From Asterionella formosa (taxonomy: Eukaryota), in assembly GCA_002256025.1 (NCBI GenBank), contig NKIB01013718.1:1-52766 (forward strand): DNA of 52,766 bases, in the 5' to 3' direction. Shown one piece after another: positions 12,122 through 21,300 of the stretch. Positions within the stretch are counted from its first letter, which is position 1. Each line of letters starts with the position of its first letter. The notes beneath the pieces are model-generated. The model saw only the letters and a program-made list of their open reading frames with translations. It made no database searches and was not told where the DNA came from. The translations under genes and the position numbers were made by a program.

Positions 12122-13201
12122 TTAAATAACAGTCCCATTCCACCTTCTGACCATGTGTGACACACTGAAGGTGGTTTGCTCAATCCACAAGTCTTCTAGT
12201 ACTTTGTGCATTGGCTTAGCTGAGGAGAATGCATGGATCTTATCATGGCCTGCATCCACTGGTTCGATGTGACAACGTTCTGCAAGCATTCCAGTTGAAA
12301 CGTCGTCAAACTTGAAATATCTTAAATTGGGCATTTCAATCACAGCACAATTGAGAAATTCACTGGACACCAAATAACCAGCTCCACTGCAGAAAGGAGG
12401 GAAGTACAATGATGGGTATTGATCGTAGGTCACCTCCTCCTTGTTTCCAGGCATGTATGAAGCGCCAGGTCGATGAATTTTCGAGTTGTCGTGATTGCAT
12501 ATCCCCCAAAAATTGGAAATTATGTACTCATCTTGGTTCGTATCGAACTTGGTAATGTTAACAAAACAATCGTCTTCTGTCTTTAACAAGAAGTTGAAAT
12601 CTGTGGTGTATGTATTCACGATTTGAAAGAGAAATTGCGTCTTGTACGTTCCATCATCGATGTGATGGTCTGCCTCATCAAGCCACATGATATCATTGTA
12701 TTCTTTGTATTCCTCCTCAATATTCGCAAAATCGCCAGAGACGACAAAAAACACAGACGACGGTGCCAATTGCTTCCAAGTCTCTCTTATAGTCCTTCGT
12801 CGCGTCATATCCGATCCGGAAAGGACACCAATAATTAAGTTCGATCCCTGAAGTGCCATCAGCTCAGTAATTGGGACTTTGTAGTGAAAGCGTCGACACG
12901 AAATGGTCACGGACCCGTCATGAAAGTCCTCTTGAAATTGGCCATTGTCGTCTACTACCGCGTTCGCGCAGTTGATAAATGAACCAGTCAAGGAAACCTC
13001 AGACCCAGTGCCATTTACCAATGTGTGAGGATACACATTCGAGTGCTTCAATCGATTGGTAAAAAGACTAGCTAGCCCTGAGATCCACACAACATTGACA
13101 AGCAACAGGCAACAGCTCGAGCTAGATGAATGACTGCTTCGTTTGCTGTAATTGGAAGTCCCTTTTCGGGCATTCAAGCTACCAACAATAATACGGCTCA
13201 T
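12122..13201 (-). CDS. GT31-family beta-1,3-glycosyltransferase (type II membrane), 359 aa
   Basis: N-terminal TM segment, then IIGVLS...RRRTIRETW, FLLKTEDDCFVN, FPPFCSGAGYLVS and FDDVSTG. Confidence 0.85.
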   Translation of the reverse strand: MSRIIVGSLNARKGTSNYSKRSSHSSSSSCCLLLVNVVWISGLASLFTNRLKHSNVYPHTLVNGTGSEVSLTGSFINCANAVVDDNGQFQEDFHDGSVTISCRRFHYKVPITELMALQGSNLIIGVLSGSDMTRRRTIRETWKQLAPSSVFFVVSGDFANIEEEYKEYNDIMWLDEADHHIDDGTYKTQFLFQIVNTYTTDFNFLLKTEDDCFVNITKFDTNQDEYIISNFWGICNHDNSKIHRPGASYMPGNKEEVTYDQYPSLYFPPFCSGAGYLVSSEFLNCAVIEMPNLRYFKFDDVSTGMLAERCHIEPVDAGHDKIHAFSSAKPMHKVLEDLWIEQTTFSVSHMVRRWNGTVI

Positions 13202-13392
13202 TACAGTTTAGATCTTTGTGTCAAGCTGATGGACAACCTTATTGTCTTCCTTACTATATTGAGCGCAATGGTTCGATCCACTCCAAGATGCTGCGCAGCA
13301 CTATATCTGGTCTAGTATACATACCGGTAGATGCGAAAGCCGACGACATTTTAACCGCGGTGGTGTACCGATATTTATTATGTCAAGAGAGA

Positions 13393-13416
13393 GTACCTGG
13401 TACCTGGTACCGGTAC
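13393..13416. promoter_or_regulatory. (TACCTGG)n/GGTACC motif cluster ~200 bp upstream of the GT31 gene
   Basis: GTACCTGGTACCTGGTACCGGTAC. Function is inferred only. Confidence 0.35.
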
Positions 13417-13488
13417 AGATTTATTGTGGCAAACCGGGTACCGTATATGTGTTATGTGCATCGGTATGAGATGGTCAGAGTGTGTCTG

Positions 13489-13654
13489 TTAGGCTGTTGA
13501 TGTCGACAGGTGTCCGAAGACTAGATGTGATCTGAGGAATGTCTAAATGGAAATACTGTACTGTAGAAAGGATTCAAATACAGTACCAGGTAGCAGAATA
13601 ATTCGCAAACGAGCGGCGTGAGAAAGATCTTGACCGGTCAATCCAGGGCAGTAC
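13489..13654 (+). repeat. Dispersed repeat (TE-end-like); inverted copy at 39228-39406
   Basis: Shared blocks TTAGGCTGTTGATGTYGACAGGTGTCC, AGGAATGTCTRAATGGAAATA, TAGCAGAATAAT and terminal GGGCAGTAC. Confidence 0.8.
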
Positions 13655-14047
13655 TGGAGCGCACTAAAGTAGACGCCATATATTTCAATATGAGATATGT
13701 ACAAAAATTTCAACTCCGTAATACAATGGGCGTGCTCTGATCATTCAGAAATGAAGGGTCCACCAGCGAAGAATCTTGATATTGATTATAACAAATGACC
13801 CGTTACACTTTTCAGAACTACAGTTTGTTATTTTCTGTTGTTGATACAATACAGAAAGACTGTCAATCTGGATTCGCCATACATCACCAATCTTGCACAT
13901 GGCTGCTGGAGATGCAGACATTCACACATTGTACCTTGAGGCACATGCACCAACTTAACATAAAGCCTATATTTTGTGTAACTTCTTTGGCGAGAGCAAG
14001 CTATTTCGGGTATAATTTATAGCTATTAACAATTTTTGTTTTAATCA

Positions 14048-14113
14048 ACCAGATTTGATAACTCTGGTTTGCACCCCTCGAGGTGCAAACCAACCAGAGT
14101 TACCAAATTTGGT
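14048..14113. repeat. Imperfect inverted repeat/hairpin (~28-bp arms)
   Basis: ACCAGATTTGATAACTCTGGTTTGCACC-CCTCGA-GGTGCAAACCAACCAGAGTTACCAAATTTGGT, with one 4-nt bulge and two G-T/A-C mismatches. Confidence 0.85.
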
Positions 14114-14261
14114 CAACACAAACACAAAATTTGGGGATAAGTACAACAATTTAGGTTATAATGCACATAATATAATATTTTTTAATGATCAGAGCGTGAC
14201 CAATATGCATGGATAAATACTATAAATAATTTATCAGAAAATATCATTTAGCTAATATAAA

Positions 14262-14597
14262 GGTATTCTGAGGAAATGGCTCAGTAGTTAAGCACTGTTG
14301 CCTAAGATCTGAGGTTGTGTGATTCGATTCCCGCAATATTTTTGAGAAGCAATTGTTGGATTCAACTCCCACACTCCTTGCTGTCCCGCATGGTCTTGCC
14401 TGGTGGTGTGCAAGAAATAGTGGGTCGCCCCCCTACAAGCAACTTTTGCTGTCTTCCGATGCGGTCAGAGTTTCCTCTAAAACTGCGGCTAAGATGATCA
14501 CCTTTTGCAAAAGGTGGCAGGGGGCTCACATACGCTAACAAAACTAGGGAAGCACAGGAGGTCTTGTCAGCAGGTAGCAATAGGGGAGTACAAATGG
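14262..14597 (+). mobile_element. Putative tRNA-derived SINE-like element (degenerate tRNA head 14270-14340)
   Basis: A-box-like TGGCTCAGTAG (14277-14287) and B-box-like GATTCGATTCC (14321-14331) at tRNA spacing, but the acceptor and T stems do not pair. GC-rich body flanked by GCTA(A/C)TATAAA direct repeats (14251-14261, 14598-14608). Confidence 0.5.
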
Positions 14598-15006
14598 GCT
14601 ACTATAAAACATACTATTTTGAACAGATTGAGTACAGTTAACTCAATTTGTTTCCGTAGTGACGAGGCAGCATGTTAAAATGAAGTAGGGAATATGTTTT
14701 TCTAGTTTAAGGAAAATTTTGCTTGAAGTAGATTTTTTTAATGCATGTTTCATTATAGTAGATTTGCTTTAAGATGTTTTGCTTACAGTAGAGTCCATTT
14801 GCTTAAACTAAAATACACCCTAAGTACTCTAACACAAAATTACAATTTTCAGAACTTCTGAATTTATCAAATTTTGTCCAGTCGTTTTTACACTGCTGGC
14901 AGGCGCAAATGGTTAGAAGTCTCATAATTTGATTTCTTAATGGCTACCAAGTATAGGAAATATCTGCACTTTCAGTTTTGGGAATGTGTACACAAAGAAG
15001 CAATAA

Positions 15007-15044
15007 GACCGCAACTTGCAGAAATTTGCGGTCATTTTTCTGAA
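15007..15044. repeat. Palindromic motif shared with 39101-39136
   Basis: CGCAACTTgcagaAATTTGCGGTCATTTT here versus CGCAACTTcctgtAAGTTGCGGTCATTTT at 39101. Confidence 0.7.
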
Positions 15045-15109
15045 ACGGACAATGTGTTGCAGGACAAGGGCTTATTTAAACTTATATAGTAGAGAACGTC
15101 TTCTATTCA

Positions 15110-15190
15110 TTGCACAATCAAATGCAACCTTCGCCATAGTCAAACATTTGCATTTTCGGATTGCTTTAGTCTGCTTTTAGTATAATAAAT
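15110..15190 (-). repeat. Dispersed repeat fragment; inverted copy at ~46650-46737
   Basis: Minus-strand GAAAATGCAAATGTTTGACTATGGCGAAGGTTGCAT versus plus-strand GAAAATACAAATGTTTGACTATAGCAAAGGTTGCAT. Confidence 0.75.
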
Positions 15191-15689
15191 GATATTAACA
15201 TATGTGTTGACTTCCAGTGCTGTCAAGCGGGGATAGTGGTTGAGGGAACCCCGTGTTGACCGCCTGTCAAGGTGTAAGTGAGTGCATGCAGAGTGGTACT
15301 GTGTGGTGCAGAAGGTGCTTGACTGTGTCAATTCTTCACCTTGTCATGCATATTACCTTTGAAGAAAGTGTTGATCTGAGTTTGTGCTCTCCTCCATTGG
15401 ACCATTGATAATCCTGATGACAATGATGTGCTGATGTTTTGGGCGATATTTGGTGCCATCTTAAAGTATTTTTGAGCTTTTATGTTGATTGGTTTCGAAA
15501 TCTTGGATGGAGCATTTTATCAGCAAATGTTTGATGCGCAAAGGGTTGGATGTGATGGTGTACAGTTGGTACTTACCTACCGGTACTGTGTACATCATAG
15601 TACATGCTGTACAGGTTTTACTTATATCTAACTATACTGGTATCCCAGACATACCTTCAGTAGATACCTGTAAGTACTCCACAGCATAC

Positions 15690-15803
15690 TACCTGGTACC
15701 TGGTACCAGGTACCATGCAGGGTACTGGTATCGGTATACCGGTAATCAGCCATGACGTCATGATAAGTTGATGCTGATATAAAATTTTATAGTACCAGGT
15801 ACC
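15690..15803. promoter_or_regulatory. (TACCWGG)n motif cluster immediately upstream of the 15832 gene
   Basis: TACCTGGTACCTGGTACCAGGTACC (15690-15714) and GTACCAGGTACC (15792-15803). Confidence 0.35.
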
Positions 15804-15831
15804 CAGCATCCTTTCAACAAAAGCCACCACC

Positions 15832-16767
15832 ATGACGGTAGCGCTCCAAGATGCCCTTGCCCTTGATCGCTCCATCCTCTTTTCCATGCTGAGAAGAAAC
15901 TGGTGTGCTCACGGTCGAACCAGATATTTCCAGCGAATGGAAATGGTGCTGAAAGCATTGAACAAGTCCAGAGTTGAATCGTTGACAGAGCGACTTGGAA
16001 CGTTGCGCAGTCAAACTCTCTTTAAAAAAAAGAGAAAGCAAGAAGAATGGACGCTAGAAAATTTATCAAAAGAGGATTCAGAGGTAATAGAAATGAAAGA
16101 AATCTTGGACCTGCTGATAGTACGTTTGCCTGCTGTCATATCCCGTATAGAAGCCGCTGCTTCCGCACTCTTTTATGAGTTGGGACGGGGATTTTTCATG
16201 CCCTTCAATACCATCGCCATTGGAGCTATCGCCAGAATAAGAGTTATATTGATCAAGATTGGTCGTCAAGGACTGGTGGATCTTCAGATTGTCATGGCGG
16301 ATTCTAAAGTCAATATGGATGTGGACTGGGAGAAGGCTATGCTACTCTTTGTAGAACCGGAAACCGGGGTACACGTAGTCACGAGCAACACACACAAAAC
16401 GCAATTGAAGAATTTATGTATTAAGGAATTCAAGTCGAACGGCATAGAAAAAGTCTCGGATGTACAAGAAGAATTCGCACCTGACACGAGTCCTGAAATG
16501 AACAAGGGTGCGAGGGCGAAAGCGAGGAATCTCGCTATGGATGATTTGGGTGAGAGTCTTGACTTTCATGAAAATGAATCCTCGACATCAACCGCTACAC
16601 AACTCAACAATCGTGCTAATGAGACCATTGACAAAAACCAGGAGATTCAGGAGAGCCTGAAACGGAAACGAAATGATAAGGAAGGGATAGCAAAGAAAAC
16701 AAAACACAAAGGAAAGGCAAAGATAAGACTGAAGAAGGACATTTTTGATGAGATCTTTGGAGAGTAA
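15832..16767 (+). CDS. RMP1/NEPRO(DUF4477)-like probable RNase MRP/nucleolar protein, 311 aa
   Basis: MLRRNWCAHGRTRYFQRMEMVLKAL and ELGRGFFMPFNTIAIGAIARI resemble the RNxxxHxxxxYF and FFMxF...ARh blocks. The Lys-rich tail ends KKDIFDEIFGE, similar to the Rmp1 KKK..IDxIFG end. Confidence 0.6.
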   Translation: MTVALQDALALDRSILFSMLRRNWCAHGRTRYFQRMEMVLKALNKSRVESLTERLGTLRSQTLFKKKRKQEEWTLENLSKEDSEVIEMKEILDLLIVRLPAVISRIEAAASALFYELGRGFFMPFNTIAIGAIARIRVILIKIGRQGLVDLQIVMADSKVNMDVDWEKAMLLFVEPETGVHVVTSNTHKTQLKNLCIKEFKSNGIEKVSDVQEEFAPDTSPEMNKGARAKARNLAMDDLGESLDFHENESSTSTATQLNNRANETIDKNQEIQESLKRKRNDKEGIAKKTKHKGKAKIRLKKDIFDEIFGE

Positions 16768-17533
16768 GGTGCATTTTTAACCATGAGAGTGGCGGAATCC
16801 AATCAGTCCATGTATTTTCATGAGTTGGTTCCTGTTCGCTGTTGCACTATAATTAATTTTCAAATTGGATGAAGTTGTTAGTCCCTTGCTTCACTACAAT
16901 TGAATTGAAGAATAACTCCGTGATTTTGATTTTGAATGTCTTATATCAGTTTTTAGGCTTTTACTGAAATTAAGGTTGAGTATGGTTAAATATCCTTAAG
17001 GGGTTTATACATTTCACAACAAATCTCCATTGCTCATCTATTGTTACTGGTATATCATTTCAAAAATGTGTATGCATACTACATACCAGTAGTATCAATT
17101 GCTATACCGGTATGTGACTGATGTTGACTTACCTACAGACCAATGACTCATATTTTATGTTCCCCTGTCAAGAAGCTTGCCAATGAGATTGATGTTGTTA
17201 CAGATCTATCAAAAGGACGTTTACATCAATGAAAAGGGAATATAATAAGCAGTCTCTCAAAGTTTGTTGAATGGGATTGAAACCAAGTTTAGTTTAAGCT
17301 TATAATTAATTAAAAAGCAGGGAGAATTGACAGAGCAAGGTCAATAGAAGAAACTAACAAGAATGCTAGCAGCAAAGGATCAGACTACAGTAACACATAC
17401 TTTGATATTCCATAGATATATAAAAGAGAAAACGTCCTGGATGCATTATCATCAGCTCCTGCATACCAGTACATATTCTTTATACAGGCATACACACTGA
17501 GCAAACCATCGCTCACAGCATGCATACATAAGA

Positions 17534-17557
17534 TACCTGGCACCTGGTACCTGGTAC
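17534..17557. promoter_or_regulatory. (TACCTGG)n motif ~150 bp upstream of the Rid gene
   Basis: TACCTGGCACCTGGTACCTGGTAC. Confidence 0.35.
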
Positions 17558-17708
17558 GTAGTACATCACATCAAGCATGTAATTACGGTATGACAAACAA
17601 AATATGCCTCCTTCTTCTCATAAATCTGGCAGTGGTTCTTCAGAACTACTGGTACAGTAATACAGTGCCATCACCTGTTTGCTTTGTTGAACCAAAAGCA
17701 ACGAGGGC

Positions 17709-18272
17709 ATGGACACCAGCACCCCCTACTGTTTCTTCCTCTGGCTGCTTCTCCTCTCTCTCCCTGCTGTCGTCGATTGCCTCGTCTCGCCAATCCCCAT
17801 GGCTGCGTCTGTATCTGAAAAACTCGCTGCGCTGGGCATCACGCTGAAAGATCCGTCGCCTCCAAAAGGAAACTACGTAGCTTGCGTTAGAAGCGGCAAC
17901 CTTCTATTTCTCTGCGGCCACCTTCCCGTACGGGAGGATGACACACTCGTCACTGGGACTTTGGGCAAGGACCTGACTGTCGAGCAAGGATACGCGAGCG
18001 CAAGGTATAGCGCCATTAGCATCTTGGGCACCCTCAACAAGGAGCTCGATGGTGATTGGGATCGCCTTATTCGAGTAGTCAAGGTCGTCGGCTTTGTGAA
18101 CAGCGCTCAGGACTTTACGCAACAGCCGGCAGTAATCAACGGAGCGTCAGATCTGCTTGGTGCAGTCTTGGAGGGGCGTGGAGTCCACGCAAGAACCGCC
18201 GTCGGTTCCAACGTTCTCCCTCTGGGCGTCGCAACAGAAGTGGAGTGCATAGTAGAGATTTCTACAGAGTGA
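17709..18272 (+). CDS. Rid (YjgF/YER057c/UK114) family protein, Rid1-type, with N-terminal signal peptide, 187 aa
   Basis: LGITL..PxPPKGNYV, LLFLCGHLP, VVKVVGFVNS, QQPAVINGASDL, HARTAVG (catalytic Arg) and LPLGVATEVE. Hydrophobic leader FFLWLLLLSLPAVVDC. Intronless. Confidence 0.9.
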   Translation: MDTSTPYCFFLWLLLLSLPAVVDCLVSPIPMAASVSEKLAALGITLKDPSPPKGNYVACVRSGNLLFLCGHLPVREDDTLVTGTLGKDLTVEQGYASARYSAISILGTLNKELDGDWDRLIRVVKVVGFVNSAQDFTQQPAVINGASDLLGAVLEGRGVHARTAVGSNVLPLGVATEVECIVEISTE

Positions 18273-18329
18273 GATAAACAGATTAGATTTTATTACTCCA
18301 CTTTCAAAAATACAAAGATGTAGCAACAG

Positions 18330-21300
18330 TTATGTATCACCAGATGCAATCACCAGCCCTTGATTCATCTGGCTACAAAGTTCATCGGCCAAATCGCGAC
18401 GATTCCCGCAGTTCACAACTTCGACCTCGCTGCCGTTCTTTCGTGGCGTAGCCAACATGATGACTATGCCCCATCCATCACTCCCATCGGGTTGCAGGAA
18501 CGGGCGGACTTCGATGGATTTCACGTTCTTGAATTTAACAAACAGAGCCTCTTGGCCTTCCTGTCCCAACAACAGCATTTCTTTCACGCTCATCAATGCG
18601 ACGCGATCGCCCATGTCCAAATGACTAAGATAGTTATCACCTGCAAGCCTCGTTCTCAGCATGAGAGTGGCAGCTGCAGCGTCTCCTAGTGAATATGATC
18701 GCAGCACCTTATCTTTACCATACATTGGCCGTCGCGGACGAATCTGCCTGGTATTGCGTACTCCTCCACGTTGAACTTGCCCACCCTCAACACTACCTTT
18801 CACTCCAATCATGAAATCGGTAGCAGCATCCGAAAGTCCAATCATTGGCTTTACCAAAAGTCCAAGCAACCCCTTACCGATACCCTTGGCAAATCCTTCC
18901 ATGCCACTTCGTTCGGCACCTCGCATTGGAGCCTTGACCACGCCAGCGACACCTTCCACGACACCGCGAACGAGATGGACGACTCCACTCTCAACACCTT
19001 CAACGAATGTTATTTCACCATCACGAATGTCGCTGCGTATCCTATCTCGGCGCTGAGCGTAGCGTCGATCCAGAGTCAAGACTGCCATGTTCTTTGAAAA
19101 TGTCTCGGTTAAAAGTGATGCGGTTTCTGCAATTCCACCCACTGTATGACGGGCTAGCGACTCCGTGCCTCGAGCTACTCCATCCACAAACAGAAAGGGA
19201 TCAAGTTCTTGCATGCTCTTCTTTAACCCCTTCACTGGTTCATTTACAAAATCACTCACTCCATCCCCAAGTCCTCGTATCAGTCCTAGGGGGTTTCCAA
19301 ACGCGGCTAACGAACCCAGAAGTGCCGGCAAATTGCTTCTCATCGAGGCCACATAATGCGCCCCAAGCAAGGTCATGAGCTGGGGTGTGGTGGAAATGTG
19401 ATTTCGTAGGACAACACCCGACAGGTTCAACGACGCACCATCCAGTCGTAAGAGCGCATCAACCAAAATGCTTTTGAAAACACCACGAACGACTGCCATT
19501 GCTGTCTTGTTTGTGCGACCAACGTGGACACCAACTAACCCACTCGCCAAGCCAATATCGCCCTTTCGAACTGCTGCATGAATGGCAGCAGCTTCCTGTC
19601 CTTCCAGTTCCGCTTGAAAGGTTGTCAAAGCACGTGCTGGTGCAATGGATAGATTGATGCTGGCAGAAAGGATTGTCAAACCCTCAAAGTACAGCTTGGG
19701 ACGTCCAGCACCACTATTGACATGCAACTTCCATTCCTCTAAAGTTGAAATTTCAGGGAGGGGAATTGCCTTCTTTACACCAGCGGACATGTCACTTTCG
19801 CCAAATTTGCTGCCATTTACGTGCTCTTGGATTCCAATTAGATAACGTTGAAGTCTCACAATGAATGCCAAATCAACAGCAACAGCAAGGTTTCGGGGCG
19901 CTACTGTCATATTCTTCAAACACAGGATCCCTGTCTTGTGCTTTGGCGCAAAAGTTAGTCCAACAAGGAGCAGCGGAGTTGCCTCTATCGGCTCGTTACT
20001 ATCATCTTTCTCGCGATCGTCAGGGCAGATTGCTACAGGAAAGGGGGCCCCTGGCATGTGATTGTCAACCTGTAACCAATCCACAGAAATCAATACCGAT
20101 GCATCGGCCTTTTGCTTGCCGTCCCATTTAGCTGCTATGTTGAGACCTTTTAGAGAGATTACTGCAATCTCAGACGGTGCAGCATCCACGAGACTAAATA
20201 AGAACCCACTGAATGACGACTGGACACTGAAAATGACGTCAGTAGTCTCTTGACTGGCTTTCGGATTTTGAATTCGCTTGCCATCTCCAAAGAAAGCTCT
20301 CCGTTTCGCCTGTTCTTCGGAGAGAATGCCCTCTTTCGCTTTGTATTCGAGAGTTTCGATAGCAGCTCTGGCTGTTACCTGTCGCCAGAATTGGTCTTGC
20401 CCTATTGTACCTGGAACATCCGAGGGGGCCTTTTGTTCAACTTGAGGTTTCGCACTGTACCCCATTCCTTCCGAGAATGCATTCAAGATGTCACTGGATT
20501 CCTCTTTCTCCATTAGGCTGCAGTATGCAAACATGTTCTATTAGATGCGGAAGAAACTACAATATAAATTTTACACTGTACCACACTTACAGAAACTTGA
20601 GAACACGGGTTGGCCCATCGGTCGCAACAATGCCCAAGATCCGAACATTTGAGATTCTTCTCGCTATACCACTAGCCGCGATGTTACCGATCTTTGTGAT
20701 ATTTAAGCGAACTTTGTCTCCAACCTGGGTGAGCCCAACGACTTTTGTAGTTTCGATGCCGTCTCGAGACGAGAGCGGGGCAAGTCCAATGCGGACACGA
20801 AGAAGTTCTTCCAATGTGGCCACATTCCTGTGCGCATACTTTCCTTGACGGAATGGTATGTCAAGTCCATATGCCGTGTGACTATGAGGTCTAATAAGAT
20901 CCCCATCGATTTCTGCACGATCATCGGACCAGCTACTAGATTGGAGGCTAATGCCGTCGTCACCAACCACACTTATCGGTACAACAACACGGGGAGCAAC
21001 CTTTGTAGAAGGGTTCGCTAAAACGCCATCCTGTGCGAGCCAAATGGGAAATGGAGAATGATTTTCGATCCGAAATAATGCTCCATCTCCTTTGGGATCT
21101 TCTTCTCGGAATGAAACCTTCATTCCTGAACCTCCAGATCCTGACCTGATTTCAACTAATGCACGTACTGACTTGGTAGTATTCTTTCCACCTTCTGATT
21201 GTATCGATCCCCTTGATGATCGGACACGGATGGGAATCATTCCAAGTCTGTTGATATCGAAACCTCCACTCCATCTGTAGTCGTCTTGCTCTGAATATGG

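Noticed and set aside
12566..12590. GT31 motif variant KTEDD (usual KTDDD) suggesting an inactive enzyme
   Set aside because: Conservative substitution with the other motifs intact. Insufficient evidence of altered function.
14270..14340. Functional tRNA gene (also 48470-48535)
   Set aside because: A/B boxes are present but the acceptor, anticodon and T stems do not pair. Reported as tRNA-derived instead.
14585..14605. RNase MRP/P RNA (ACAAATGGGCTACT resembles CR-V, near an RMP1-like gene)
   Set aside because: No matching upstream GAAAGUC-type P4 strand found. An Infernal search would be needed.
16789..16815. GGCGGAATCCA(G)AATC match to 36192-36216, resembling a hAT-like terminus
   Set aside because: Only ~25 bp, same orientation, with no partner end or TSD.
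3493..18272. Functional 'damage-control' gene cluster (Nudix-HAD, REV7, NOT4, Rid)
   Set aside because: Mixed orientations, unrelated genes interspersed, and no evidence of co-regulation or conserved synteny from sequence alone.
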